64,000 nucleotides of DNA from an uncultured Candidatus Saccharibacteria bacterium. GTDB taxonomy: Bacteria > Patescibacteriota > Minisyncoccia > Phycocordibacterales > UBA5272. This document shows, piece by piece, positions 39,222 to 48,619 of this stretch. The stretch is from assembly GCA_964512315.1 (NCBI GenBank), contig CAZEIK010000003.1, positions 22,548-86,547 on the forward strand, given 5' to 3'. The notes beneath the pieces are model-generated. The model saw only the letters and a list, made by a program, of their open reading frames with translations. It searched no databases and was not told the origin of the DNA. Every line of letters begins with the position of its first letter. Positions within the stretch are counted from its first letter, which is position 1. Made by a program: the position numbers and the translations under genes.

Positions 39222-39785
39222 ATGAATAAAAAATTTCTATACATTATTTTAGTAATTACAATAATGGCTATTGGGGTTGCGGTTTTCAATCAAAAGCCTG
39301 ATGCTCTAAAATCTAATGGGGTAACGGTATCTGATTATAAGAATGCGACCTATAACATCGACGGTAAAAATATAAAATTAGCTAACGGATACGCAGAAGA
39401 AGCAATACCACAGTCTAGTTTAAAAGTTGTTACACAATATTTTGGAAATGATCTGATAACAGATCTTAATGGTGATGAACGAGATGACATTGTCTTTTTT
39501 GTCACTCAGCAAACTGGAGGTAGCGGGACTTTCTACTATGTTGCAGCTGCTATCAATACAAATAATGGATATATTGGTTCTGATGGATACTTTGTTGGTG
39601 ACAGAATAGCCCCACAAACAATCAATAATAGCCAGAAGCCGGAACACAAAAATGTAGTAGTGGTAAATTATGCCGAAAGAAAAACCGAAGAACCGATGAT
39701 TGCACAGCCTTCAATTAGTAAGAGCGTATATCTAAAGATAGACGAAAACAATAGATGGGGCGTTGTTATACCTGATTTCAAATAA
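39222..39785 (+). CDS. Hypothetical secreted or membrane-anchored protein.
   Basis: Signal-anchor helix. 187 aa. Confidence 0.45.
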   Translation: MNKKFLYIILVITIMAIGVAVFNQKPDALKSNGVTVSDYKNATYNIDGKNIKLANGYAEEAIPQSSLKVVTQYFGNDLITDLNGDERDDIVFFVTQQTGGSGTFYYVAAAINTNNGYIGSDGYFVGDRIAPQTINNSQKPEHKNVVVVNYAERKTEEPMIAQPSISKSVYLKIDENNRWGVVIPDFK

Positions 39786-39790
39786 TAAAA

Positions 39791-40210
39791 ATGAACGCTA
39801 CTCCTCAAGAAAGATTACAATCAGCAATGATGTATGCGATGGACAATCGTCCAAAAGTTGGAGGATTCCCATTTTTAGCTGAATGTTTGAAAAAAGCTGG
39901 TGTACAAAATAATATCTGGTCCCTGCCTAGCACACAAAGTATATACATAATGGATGACGCTGTTCTAGTGCAACAAGGCACACCGCTTGTAACAGGTATG
40001 AATACAGTTTCTAATTTTAATGAGGCAGCACTGGTTGCAGCCATTCGTGCTGACCAAGCTGGAGAAACAACTTTCCCAGAATTTTTAAACGCAGCTTGGA
40101 ATGCCGGCGTTATTAGATATGATGTAGATTTTATTAATCGTAAGGTATTTTATTATGGAGCGCGCGGCGAATGCTACACAGAATCCTACCCCGCTGTAAA
40201 TATCGAATAA
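39791..40210 (+). CDS. DUF1398-like (YbcV prophage-associated family) protein.
   Basis: 139 aa. N-terminal motif MYAMDNRPKVGGFPFLAE resembles DUF1398. Confidence 0.4.
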   Translation: MNATPQERLQSAMMYAMDNRPKVGGFPFLAECLKKAGVQNNIWSLPSTQSIYIMDDAVLVQQGTPLVTGMNTVSNFNEAALVAAIRADQAGETTFPEFLNAAWNAGVIRYDVDFINRKVFYYGARGECYTESYPAVNIE

Positions 40211-40214
40211 TAAG

Positions 40215-40499
40215 CTAAGCGGTTGCCTCGGCGATTACTTGCTTAGCTTTATCTTCTAATCGTGCCCCTAGGTCAATATTGAGCGATTCACAGATACTAC
40301 TAACAGTCTCCTGATTGCCAGCATTCAGCGCCTCTACTAATTCCTTTCTCTTTGCTTCATCGGTAACCGCCTCGATCAACTCAACCAGGAACTCGGACAT
40401 TATCAACTCTCCCAAGTTAGCAATAACTTCATCCCTCTGTGCATCATCTGGAAAATTAGCTTTTAATAAGTCGCTTAGTTGTGTGTAAATTTCTTGCAT
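40215..40499 (-). CDS. Hypothetical acidic helical protein.
   Basis: 94 aa ORF. Confidence 0.35.
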   Translation of the reverse strand: MQEIYTQLSDLLKANFPDDAQRDEVIANLGELIMSEFLVELIEAVTDEAKRKELVEALNAGNQETVSSICESLNIDLGARLEDKAKQVIAEATA

Positions 40500-40504
40500 A
40501 GTTT

Positions 40505-41887
40505 TTATTTAAGTAATTCTTTAAGTTTTAATACGTCTATATTTTGTCCTATTGCTATTTTATTAACATTATCAATTCCTAATTCCGCTAACGCCTTCTT
40601 GCCGTCCACAGAAGAAAGTAAATTATAAATCTTTGTTAGCTTCTGTTTATCATCTAGGCCAGACTCACCCAGAACTCTTTCTTTTAAAATTTTCTCAAGA
40701 TTATCTCCCGCTTCTACTGTATAACTTTCTAATCGTGGAACAACTTCAGGTGTCGCAACTTGTGACATATCTATATCCTTAACATCCATTACAGACTTTG
40801 GACCAGAGAACTCTTCCAGTAAAGGGCTTGGTGTTGGCTCACTAGTACCAAGTGAATCTTTTACCAGGTCAGATACTGGGCTAGAAATCAAATTGTCAGT
40901 CATGATATTGATCAGCTCGCCTATTAAATTAGGACCAGCAACACCAATCAGCCCTCCAATAGAAAGAGATTTGATCATAAGTTTAACTTTTTCTTCTTTG
41001 GTAAGCTCGCGACCAATGTCTTTTGCCACCTTCTCACCTTTTTCATATATACCCCTTGCAACACTACCGACAGCCAAAGATTTAGTTATCAAAGATGTGG
41101 CGCCAGCTGTGGCTATACCCGCAGCAGAAAATGCAACACCTAGCGCAATCTTTTGTTTAACTGATAAGGCGTTGTATCTGTCCGCAGCCTTACATCCTAG
41201 TGAAGTCAACTTTTTAGCCGCCTCTGTCGAACGTTGTTTTATCGCTTCTAAAGTTAACTTCGGCTTTTTAACTTCTGGTATTACTACTGACTCACGTACT
41301 GAATCATTTATAACAGGTATCTCTGTCTGTACCGAACTTGTAGAAATTGGCTCAGCTAACTTAATAGCCTGTCTTGCGGTAGCGATAGACGCAGCTCGCT
41401 CTTGTAACACTTGTTGCAGAACTTCTATCCTTATGTCATTCTCAATATGAATTGTATTAGGGTCAAAATAAGTCCCTGGCAACTTGTTGTAAGCTGCTTG
41501 CAAAGTTAATTTTTGAATACTTTCTATAGCTTCTCTTATTTGATCATCTGTCATGTTAACAGTCATATTCCTAGCATTCGCTTTTATGGTATTAATGTCT
41601 AGCTCTTTAGGTAACCCTTCTGGTCGAGAGTTAGCTTTAAATAGATTTGAAAGGTCTTCTTCTCGTGGAGGGTTTTTTCTTTGTAAGCTAAAGTCTACAC
41701 CAGCATAACGTTCTGGATTACTAGTCACTATCCCAGCTTGTGCCAACTTTTCATCAGCTTTTCTTCTTCTAAAAACACCAGTGAACTTAGACCAAAGACT
41801 AGCCTGCTTAGTAGGAGTTGGAGTTTCGGTAACTGGAACTTGAGGTTGCTGATTAGCGTCTTGATATTGATTAGGCTGATTATCCAT
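40505..41887 (-). CDS. LysM-domain protein with Q/P-rich N-terminus and glycine-zipper membrane segments.
   Basis: C-terminal LysM (YTVEAGDNLEKI...). 460 aa. Confidence 0.6.
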   Translation of the reverse strand: MDNQPNQYQDANQQPQVPVTETPTPTKQASLWSKFTGVFRRRKADEKLAQAGIVTSNPERYAGVDFSLQRKNPPREEDLSNLFKANSRPEGLPKELDINTIKANARNMTVNMTDDQIREAIESIQKLTLQAAYNKLPGTYFDPNTIHIENDIRIEVLQQVLQERAASIATARQAIKLAEPISTSSVQTEIPVINDSVRESVVIPEVKKPKLTLEAIKQRSTEAAKKLTSLGCKAADRYNALSVKQKIALGVAFSAAGIATAGATSLITKSLAVGSVARGIYEKGEKVAKDIGRELTKEEKVKLMIKSLSIGGLIGVAGPNLIGELINIMTDNLISSPVSDLVKDSLGTSEPTPSPLLEEFSGPKSVMDVKDIDMSQVATPEVVPRLESYTVEAGDNLEKILKERVLGESGLDDKQKLTKIYNLLSSVDGKKALAELGIDNVNKIAIGQNIDVLKLKELLK

Positions 41888-41931
41888 ATAAAAATAGTAT
41901 ATTACACCCTTAAGTATTTTTAAAATGATAA

Positions 41932-43578
41932 CTATTTACGTCTGTCTATTTTAGACTTTGAATACTCCCAACTAATCCCCACTTTTTTGTTAGGATTAAA
42001 TACTCCTTTTGAATCAAAAATATTCTTAACCTCTTTGAATATATTAATCATCTTGTCGCTGAACATATAATTCAGAAATGGTGCACGTATAAGTCCATCA
42101 TTATGCTCGCCCGAGAGAGACCCATGATATTCCCTAACCAACTCATACACCTGGTCTGAAATCGTCTTAATCTCTTCTATACTTTTATCCTCACTCAACT
42201 TCATAAGAGGTATAACGTGTATGTTACCATCACCAACATGACCAGCAATGGTGTATACGAGATTATTATCATCGAGTATTTTCTCAAATCTTGGTAAAAA
42301 TAAAGGCAAATCAGACGACTTAACAACAACGTCTTCTATAAATGGCACAGTGCGTACGTCTTTCAACTTGGAACGCAACAAGTTAAACGATTCTCTTCTG
42401 AACACCCAATACTTTTTAGCTTCGGCTTCGGATGAGACTATATGTGTCTGTATATCCTCGTCGCTAGACAAGAGTGAGAAAACTTTTTTGAGATCTTTTT
42501 CTTTTTTGTTAAGAGTGACTCTATCTTTTTCTACGAACTCAATCAACATTACTATCTTTGGAATATTGCCAGTCAACACCATCTTGAACTCGGGCCAGAA
42601 AAGTTTAGCTAAAGAAAAAAGACTACCACCTAGTCTTTTTAAAATTTGTGGTAGGAACTTCATAGCAATCTTGAATGTGTGATCATCAAAAACTTCAAAA
42701 CTCTCTGGCGCAAGAGGGCTGATCATATTCACAACCTTTGGCATGTCAGTAACGTTGCGGAGAAATACAACTGCCATTTTTGACTTCTTCTCATAATCAA
42801 CCAAGCTAAGAGTGATCTCAGTCATCACACCAAGTGTGCCCTGTGAGCCACAGATTAGCTTTGCCAAATTCATAGCATGCCTATCTTTTTGATACACATC
42901 CCAAAGATAATAGCCCGAGGAATTCTTGGTTACTGCTGGGGTGTTCGCCTTGATCTCATCTTCATTATGCTGAATCAGTCTATACACAGCACGGTGTAAA
43001 TCTCCGAACAATGTCTTGTCATTATCTAGAATGTTCTGTAATTCATCACCTGCGAACTCTTTGAATCTATAAATATTTCCATCTGCACATACCATCTCTA
43101 TTTCTTTTACATAATTCAAAGTCTTGCCGTATTTGAAAGTCTTCTCACCTGCTGCATTGTTACCCACCATCCCACCAATGGCACAAAGCTCACGTGAAGC
43201 AGGATAAGATGGCAAAATTAACCCTTTTTTAATAGTCTCCTTCTCCATGTCACGATAAAATACTCCCGGCTCTAGAGTGACAGTCTTATTATCTTTGTCT
43301 ATTTTTATAATTTTATTAAGATGCTCGGTAAAAGAAATAATATATTGATCAGTGAGCGACCCCCCACTCATACATGTACCAGCCGCTCTCGAGGAGACGC
43401 TAACATTGGAGTCCGGGTTAGCATTCTTAGCAAGAACAGCCTCTCTTACGAATTCTAGTAATTCTGTTTTTGTTTTTGGTGCAAAAACACCACTTGGTCG
43501 TATTCTAAAAATAGAAGCGTCTATGGAAAATGATTCTAAAGTTTTCTCGCTCTTATCCAAATCAAACTTTTCAAACAT
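41932..43578 (-). CDS. FAD-linked oxidase (GlcD / D-lactate dehydrogenase family).
   Basis: PCMH-type FAD-binding domain (RAAGTCMSGGS). 548 aa. Confidence 0.75.
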   Translation of the reverse strand: MFEKFDLDKSEKTLESFSIDASIFRIRPSGVFAPKTKTELLEFVREAVLAKNANPDSNVSVSSRAAGTCMSGGSLTDQYIISFTEHLNKIIKIDKDNKTVTLEPGVFYRDMEKETIKKGLILPSYPASRELCAIGGMVGNNAAGEKTFKYGKTLNYVKEIEMVCADGNIYRFKEFAGDELQNILDNDKTLFGDLHRAVYRLIQHNEDEIKANTPAVTKNSSGYYLWDVYQKDRHAMNLAKLICGSQGTLGVMTEITLSLVDYEKKSKMAVVFLRNVTDMPKVVNMISPLAPESFEVFDDHTFKIAMKFLPQILKRLGGSLFSLAKLFWPEFKMVLTGNIPKIVMLIEFVEKDRVTLNKKEKDLKKVFSLLSSDEDIQTHIVSSEAEAKKYWVFRRESFNLLRSKLKDVRTVPFIEDVVVKSSDLPLFLPRFEKILDDNNLVYTIAGHVGDGNIHVIPLMKLSEDKSIEEIKTISDQVYELVREYHGSLSGEHNDGLIRAPFLNYMFSDKMINIFKEVKNIFDSKGVFNPNKKVGISWEYSKSKIDRRK

Positions 43579-43620
43579 AAAGAGAGTGTAGCATAAGAAT
43601 ATTTCTGCTAGAATAAGAAT

Positions 43621-44880
43621 ATGCTAGCAAGGTCTAATAAAACACAGAACATATACGACGTGATTGTGATTGGTGGAGGTGCCTCTGGCATGATGGCAGC
43701 AGGTGTAGCTGGAGAGAATGACAAAAAAGTATTGATACTAGAAAAGAATGGTGAGCTTGGTAAAAAGCTAAAAATCACAGGTGGTGGCAGATGTAACATA
43801 ACCAATAATAAAAATGTGTCTGATATATTGAGCATGTACGGTAAAGCGAGTGGCGCTCTGCAATCACCCTTCTCACAATTCGGAATCTCGGACACTTTTA
43901 AATTCTTCGAGTCTAAAGGTCTCCAGCTTGTAACAGAAGCGAATGACCGCGTATTTCCAGTGACACAAAAAGCATACGATGTATATAAAGTTTTGGAAGA
44001 CTTTATAAAAGAAAATAATGTAGAAGTTTCGCTTAATACTTCTGTTACGAGCGTTGTTAAAAATGAGAACGAAATATTTAAAATCAAAACTAGCAATGGC
44101 GAATTTGAGGCTAAAAATATAATAATTTCAACTGGTGGCCAGAGTCACCCTGAGACGGGATCAACTGGAGATGGATTTAAAATACTTCAAAGTCTGGGGC
44201 ACAAAATAAAAGACCCGACACCAGGACTTGTACCTATTGCAATCGAGGAGTCTTGGATAAAAGAGTTAAGCGGTACAGCGTTAGACGATGTGAAGTTTGT
44301 GGTCTTAGTTGATGGCGTAAAGAAAATACAAAAGAGAGGCAGAGTACTCATAACTCATTTTGGACTTTCTGGACCGCTCATAATTAACACAAGCAAAAAG
44401 ATTGGTGAATTACTTTGTGAAGGCGAGACAAAAATACAATTAGACATGTTCCCCACTCTAGACTACCCAGACTTGGAACGACTAATGCTAGAACATTTTG
44501 ACAATAGTAAAAATAAAGACTTGAAAAATGTTATCAAAGACTTTGCACCAAATGGAACTTATAACTTATTAATAAGTCTATTAGAAAAAAATATATTGGA
44601 TAAAAAAGTGCACAGCATAACCAAAGACGAGAGAAAAAGCATAGCTAGAGCTTTCAAGAATATAAGCTTAACCGTAACCGGACTTATGGGCTTCGATAAA
44701 GCAATTATTGCTGATGGAGGGATAATGTTAAGCGAAATAGACACAAAAAGTATGCAATCCAAAATAATCCGAAGGCTATTCGTAACTGGTGACTTACTTG
44801 ATATATATCGCCCTTCTGGTGGCTACTCGCTACAACTGTGCTGGACCACAGGTTTTGTGGCTGGATCTAATATTAACTAA
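43621..44880 (+). CDS. HI0933-family (BaiN-like) NAD(P)/FAD-dependent flavoprotein.
   Basis: DVIVIGGGASGMMAA Rossmann motif, GGGRCN signature. Confidence 0.8.
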   Translation: MLARSNKTQNIYDVIVIGGGASGMMAAGVAGENDKKVLILEKNGELGKKLKITGGGRCNITNNKNVSDILSMYGKASGALQSPFSQFGISDTFKFFESKGLQLVTEANDRVFPVTQKAYDVYKVLEDFIKENNVEVSLNTSVTSVVKNENEIFKIKTSNGEFEAKNIIISTGGQSHPETGSTGDGFKILQSLGHKIKDPTPGLVPIAIEESWIKELSGTALDDVKFVVLVDGVKKIQKRGRVLITHFGLSGPLIINTSKKIGELLCEGETKIQLDMFPTLDYPDLERLMLEHFDNSKNKDLKNVIKDFAPNGTYNLLISLLEKNILDKKVHSITKDERKSIARAFKNISLTVTGLMGFDKAIIADGGIMLSEIDTKSMQSKIIRRLFVTGDLLDIYRPSGGYSLQLCWTTGFVAGSNIN

Positions 44881-45227
44881 TCAAGTGGCGCAGGTGCAGG
44901 AGATGAGACAGAGCCAGCTCCATAGAAGAATCTAAGATAATCTATAGGTTGAGCTGGTGTAGAAGTTGGAGTTACTGTTGCTGTAATTGTGGCGTTATTA
45001 GACTTCTTCTTAATTGTAACTTTGTAAGTTGGAGCTGACTTTGTGGAGCTAGCAACTGCTGGAGTTGTTGTAGCTTTGACCTCCTCAATAACAATGTCCT
45101 CTTTTTTAAGAGAGTCTATATTCTCATTACCCCAAGCAAAGCCAATAATAAGGGCCACAATAAACAAAAGAGCAGAAGATATACCTTTAAAATTTTCCTT
45201 CAGGAAAGACAATACTTTTTCTTGCAT
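44877..45227 (-). CDS. Hypothetical membrane-anchored S/T-rich protein.
   Basis: 116 aa, one TM helix. Confidence 0.4.
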   Translation of the reverse strand: MQEKVLSFLKENFKGISSALLFIVALIIGFAWGNENIDSLKKEDIVIEEVKATTTPAVASSTKSAPTYKVTIKKKSNNATITATVTPTSTPAQPIDYLRFFYGAGSVSSPAPAPLD

Positions 45228-45252
45228 AATCGGTAATGCTATACTAATTCTT

Positions 45253-45894
45253 ATGATAAATCAAATACCCATAGAAAGGGTCCAAGAAGATGTTAAGCCA
45301 GAGGTGCGAGACTATATAGAGATAGAGGAGGATCATGTCTATCGACTAGGAAGAAGGACTTTCTGGACTCATTTCTATTTTAAATACGCAAAATATTTTG
45401 TACTGTTCGCAATTTTACTTATAGCAATAGTTATTGAAATAAATTTCGGAAGATTGTCCTCATCAGTAGACAATTACTTAACTACCGAATGGTATGGGGC
45501 ATTATCCAAGTTATTGCTTTCAAGTTGGATAATAATGATAGCCTTCTCTATTGCACTTGTAGGCCACTTGCGTACATATGTAATGTATCGCCAACACAAA
45601 TTCCACTTAACCGCTAATGCCTTCCATGTGCGTCGAGGTATATTCTCGATAAAAGAGATAGTTATCGCTTATCATCAGATACAAAATGTAGATATCAGAC
45701 GTCCACTACATTACAGAATGCTAGGACTTTCTAAAATAGATATATCCCTATCCAACAACATGCCAGTTGAGACACATCTAAAAGGCAGCAATCAGACTTC
45801 ACTACTCCCAGTTCTAGAAAAGAAATTAGCCCGAGGCCTCGCTCATGAGCTGGTACGTCGCGGATCGGAATTTGGTGGCAAGAATAATCAGTAG
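45253..45894 (+). CDS. Bacterial PH-domain (YdbS/DUF304-like) membrane protein.
   Basis: Two TM helices followed by a bPH-like region. Start set at the internal ATG 45253. Confidence 0.5.
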   Translation: MINQIPIERVQEDVKPEVRDYIEIEEDHVYRLGRRTFWTHFYFKYAKYFVLFAILLIAIVIEINFGRLSSSVDNYLTTEWYGALSKLLLSSWIIMIAFSIALVGHLRTYVMYRQHKFHLTANAFHVRRGIFSIKEIVIAYHQIQNVDIRRPLHYRMLGLSKIDISLSNNMPVETHLKGSNQTSLLPVLEKKLARGLAHELVRRGSEFGGKNNQ

Positions 45895-45948
45895 TTGACA
45901 ATATTCAAATAAAAAAGTATTATTAGAGTCAGAAAGGAGGGCCTAACT

Positions 45949-46191
45949 ATGCCCCGTACTACCGTAACAAACGAACAGGTTCGAGGTTTTGTAAGCGCAA
46001 TCAACCGGGTTAATCCGAATGTACCGCAAGAAAAAGCGGTCCACCGGATCACCCTTATTGTCAGGAGGGTCCCAAGTTACCTGCTCAAGAGTTTCTTGCA
46101 TGCAGGTATCCCGGCCATCAAAGTTCAAGCGTACGCAACAACGGCCGAAATCATGGCCCAAATGCGAACAGACGCAGTAACGCTCCACTAA
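45949..46191 (+). CDS. Orphan 80-aa protein in a compositionally foreign cassette.
   Basis: Upstream TTGACA-17nt-TATTAT promoter-like element, ribosome-binding site AAAGGAGGG. About 50% GC. The terminator hairpin is embedded in the 3' end of dnaX. Confidence 0.5.
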   Translation: MPRTTVTNEQVRGFVSAINRVNPNVPQEKAVHRITLIVRRVPSYLLKSFLHAGIPAIKVQAYATTAEIMAQMRTDAVTLH

Positions 46192-47165
46192 CCCTCGATC
46201 ACCGCTCCTAACGCCGCCATCAGTGCGGCGTTCTTGTTTTTAGAATATTCAAAAACTGGCTTCTTCTCTAAAAGGAATAACAAATTCTTAGAAGTAAATA
46301 CCGCCTCATGCGCCATAACAAAATCTGAGAATTCAATATCTTCTTCCCCGCTTACCTTTTGCCTTATTAACATACCCTTACGTATAGCTTCTAGCATCTC
46401 ATCATAGAAGCCCGCTCCAACTTCGGCTTTGTCTATATCAGAAAAAAGCTTCTTAATATCTTTGTTATGGACATCTGCCAGGAGATTGTTAATCACTTCT
46501 CTGTCGCCCAAGCGGAACAAACTCTTAATGTCTTCGTATTTAATATTATTACCCAAAGTGTGAAAGACTGTCTCTAGGTTAGACAATGCATCGCGATATG
46601 AGTTGTTACTTTTGCTTGCTAACAAGTCAGCTGACTCATCATCAATTTTAATACCTTCACCTTTTGCTACTTTTAATATTTGTTCAACAAGTGTGTCGCG
46701 GGTGGCTTTTTTGAATTCTATTATCTGAGAGCGCGAGCGAATAGTTGGCAGCAACTTGTCAGCATCAGTAGTACAAAGTATAAAAATAATATGCTTAGGC
46801 GGCTCCTCCAAAGTCTTAAGCAATGCATTGCTGGCCTCCTTGGTTAACATGTGTGCCTCGTCTAATATGTAGACTTTGTATTTTGAATACACCGGCAGCG
46901 TGTGTATTGCTTCACGCAAATCACGAGCCTCATCTATGCCACGATTACTCGCAGCGTCCAATTCAAAAACATCAGCCGGATCAGTACCTAACTCACGAGC
47001 GAACAATCTAGCTAATGTGGTCTTACCTATACCATGCCCACCGCAAAATATATAAGAGTGAGGGATATTTTCTGTTTTACTTATTGAAAGTAGTGTTGCA
47101 ACCGCTGCTTTTTGCCCTATGACTTCGTCAAAGCTATTCGGTCTCCATTTTCGATAAAAACTCAT
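46188..47165 (-). CDS. dnaX: DNA polymerase III subunit gamma/tau, short form.
   Basis: RPNSFDEVIGQ, Walker A GGHGIGKTT, DEAH box. The C-terminal 14 aa are encoded by the GC-rich hairpin sequence. Confidence 0.8.
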   Translation of the reverse strand: MSFYRKWRPNSFDEVIGQKAAVATLLSISKTENIPHSYIFCGGHGIGKTTLARLFARELGTDPADVFELDAASNRGIDEARDLREAIHTLPVYSKYKVYILDEAHMLTKEASNALLKTLEEPPKHIIFILCTTDADKLLPTIRSRSQIIEFKKATRDTLVEQILKVAKGEGIKIDDESADLLASKSNNSYRDALSNLETVFHTLGNNIKYEDIKSLFRLGDREVINNLLADVHNKDIKKLFSDIDKAEVGAGFYDEMLEAIRKGMLIRQKVSGEEDIEFSDFVMAHEAVFTSKNLLFLLEKKPVFEYSKNKNAALMAALGAVIEG

Positions 47166-48180
47166 TAGTACATTGTAACACTTCTTGATAATCTTTACAC
47201 TCGAATAATTTTTCTCTTAATTCTTTAGCGCCAGAGAATCCGTTAACATAAGCCTTATAATGCTTTTTCATAATAGCAAAGCTTTTAATGTCACCCAGCT
47301 TCTCCTCGTAAAGCTTGGTGTGCTCGAGCATTATGTTTAGCTTTTCCTTTAAAGTGTAGTCTTTTTTATTCCAATCAAATCTCCACGGCGAACCAAATGC
47401 TCCACGACCTATCATCACCCCTTCGGCGGCTATGTCTTGATTAGAATATTTATCTTTTGCGTCGTCTAAGTCTCTTGCATCACCATTACCTATAATAAAA
47501 GTATTAGGAGCGAGACTCTTACAGAAACCCTTTATCTCTTTGTACAGCTCCCAATGAGCAGGGACGTCACTCATCTCTTTTCTTGTTCTTAGATGTATTG
47601 TAAGAGCTGGTACATTACAAGCTAATATATGCGGTAGCCACTCTTTGTATTCAATTTTGTTGTACCCTATACGAGTCTTAACAGACACAGGCATGTCTCC
47701 GGCGGCTTCTTGGGCAGCCTTAATAACCGCAACCGCCAGCTCAGGCGTTCTTATAAGACTAGCCCCTGCGCCTTGCTTATTAATAATATCAACCGGGCAA
47801 CCCATGTTAATATCAACACCGTCGAAGCCTAACTCTTTGCAAATCTTAACTGCCTCGCGCATATTCTCTGGATTAGATGTAAAAAGCTGCGCTACAACCG
47901 GTCTCTCGCTAACACCAAACTCTAAGTCCCTCTTCAGAACTTCGCGACCAGGGCTATTGAGTCCGTCAGCCGCAACAAATTCTGTCCACATAACATCGGG
48001 GCCACCGTCTTCTTGTCCTGTACGACTATACTTAGATATCATTGTTCTAAACACAACATCAGTCACATCAGCCATTGGAGCTAGGACGACAACAGGGCGA
48101 CCTTTAATTATCGCTTTCTCTTGTACTTGTTGCCAGAACTTGTAATTCGGTTGCATATTTATAGAAAACTTTATTCCCAA
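47134..48180 (-). CDS. tRNA-dihydrouridine synthase.
   Basis: TIM-barrel Dus motifs (LAPMADVTD, KTRIG). Confidence 0.85.
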   Translation of the reverse strand: MGIKFSINMQPNYKFWQQVQEKAIIKGRPVVVLAPMADVTDVVFRTMISKYSRTGQEDGGPDVMWTEFVAADGLNSPGREVLKRDLEFGVSERPVVAQLFTSNPENMREAVKICKELGFDGVDINMGCPVDIINKQGAGASLIRTPELAVAVIKAAQEAAGDMPVSVKTRIGYNKIEYKEWLPHILACNVPALTIHLRTRKEMSDVPAHWELYKEIKGFCKSLAPNTFIIGNGDARDLDDAKDKYSNQDIAAEGVMIGRGAFGSPWRFDWNKKDYTLKEKLNIMLEHTKLYEEKLGDIKSFAIMKKHYKAYVNGFSGAKELREKLFECKDYQEVLQCTNEFLSKMETE

Positions 48181-48619
48181 AACGAATATCTATATACTCT
48201 AACATATTTTCACTTCCCGATGGCGAAGTCTTAAAAATCTTATTATCGAGGACGCTGAGCAGTGTATTAACCAACTTTTTATTGTCAGTTTTTAGGCTAA
48301 AAATAAATTTAGAAAAATCAGTATCTAAATAAACATCGCGATATTCGTCAACAAAAACTTTGTTAGTATTAATATTCTTATTCTCCAGGAGGTTGATCAC
48401 ATTAGCCAAGGCTTGTATATCTTGCTCTCCAACAGTGCTGCTAGATGTTAAGTTCTTAACAATTTGGATTTTCTCTTTGGGCTTAGCTATCTCTGGGTGT
48501 AGTATTACGTCCCATTTTAATCCTAACAAAATAGCAACAACAAAAGCACCAAAAGAAAAAGAATAAATCAAAACCTTTTTAAGCCACTTTGGATTGACCG
48601 AGAATTGTTTTGCCCACAT
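48104..48619 (-). CDS. Hypothetical membrane-anchored protein.
   Basis: 171 aa ORF. Overlaps both neighbours. Confidence 0.35.
   Translation of the reverse strand: MWAKQFSVNPKWLKKVLIYSFSFGAFVVAILLGLKWDVILHPEIAKPKEKIQIVKNLTSSSTVGEQDIQALANVINLLENKNINTNKVFVDEYRDVYLDTDFSKFIFSLKTDNKKLVNTLLSVLDNKIFKTSPSGSENMLEYIDIRFGNKVFYKYATELQVLATSTRESDN

Noticed and set aside
44877-45260. N-terminal 70 aa of the tracked ORF 45043-45894.
   Set aside because: It overlaps the minus-strand gene 44877-45227. The internal ATG at 45253 fits the bPH-domain architecture better.
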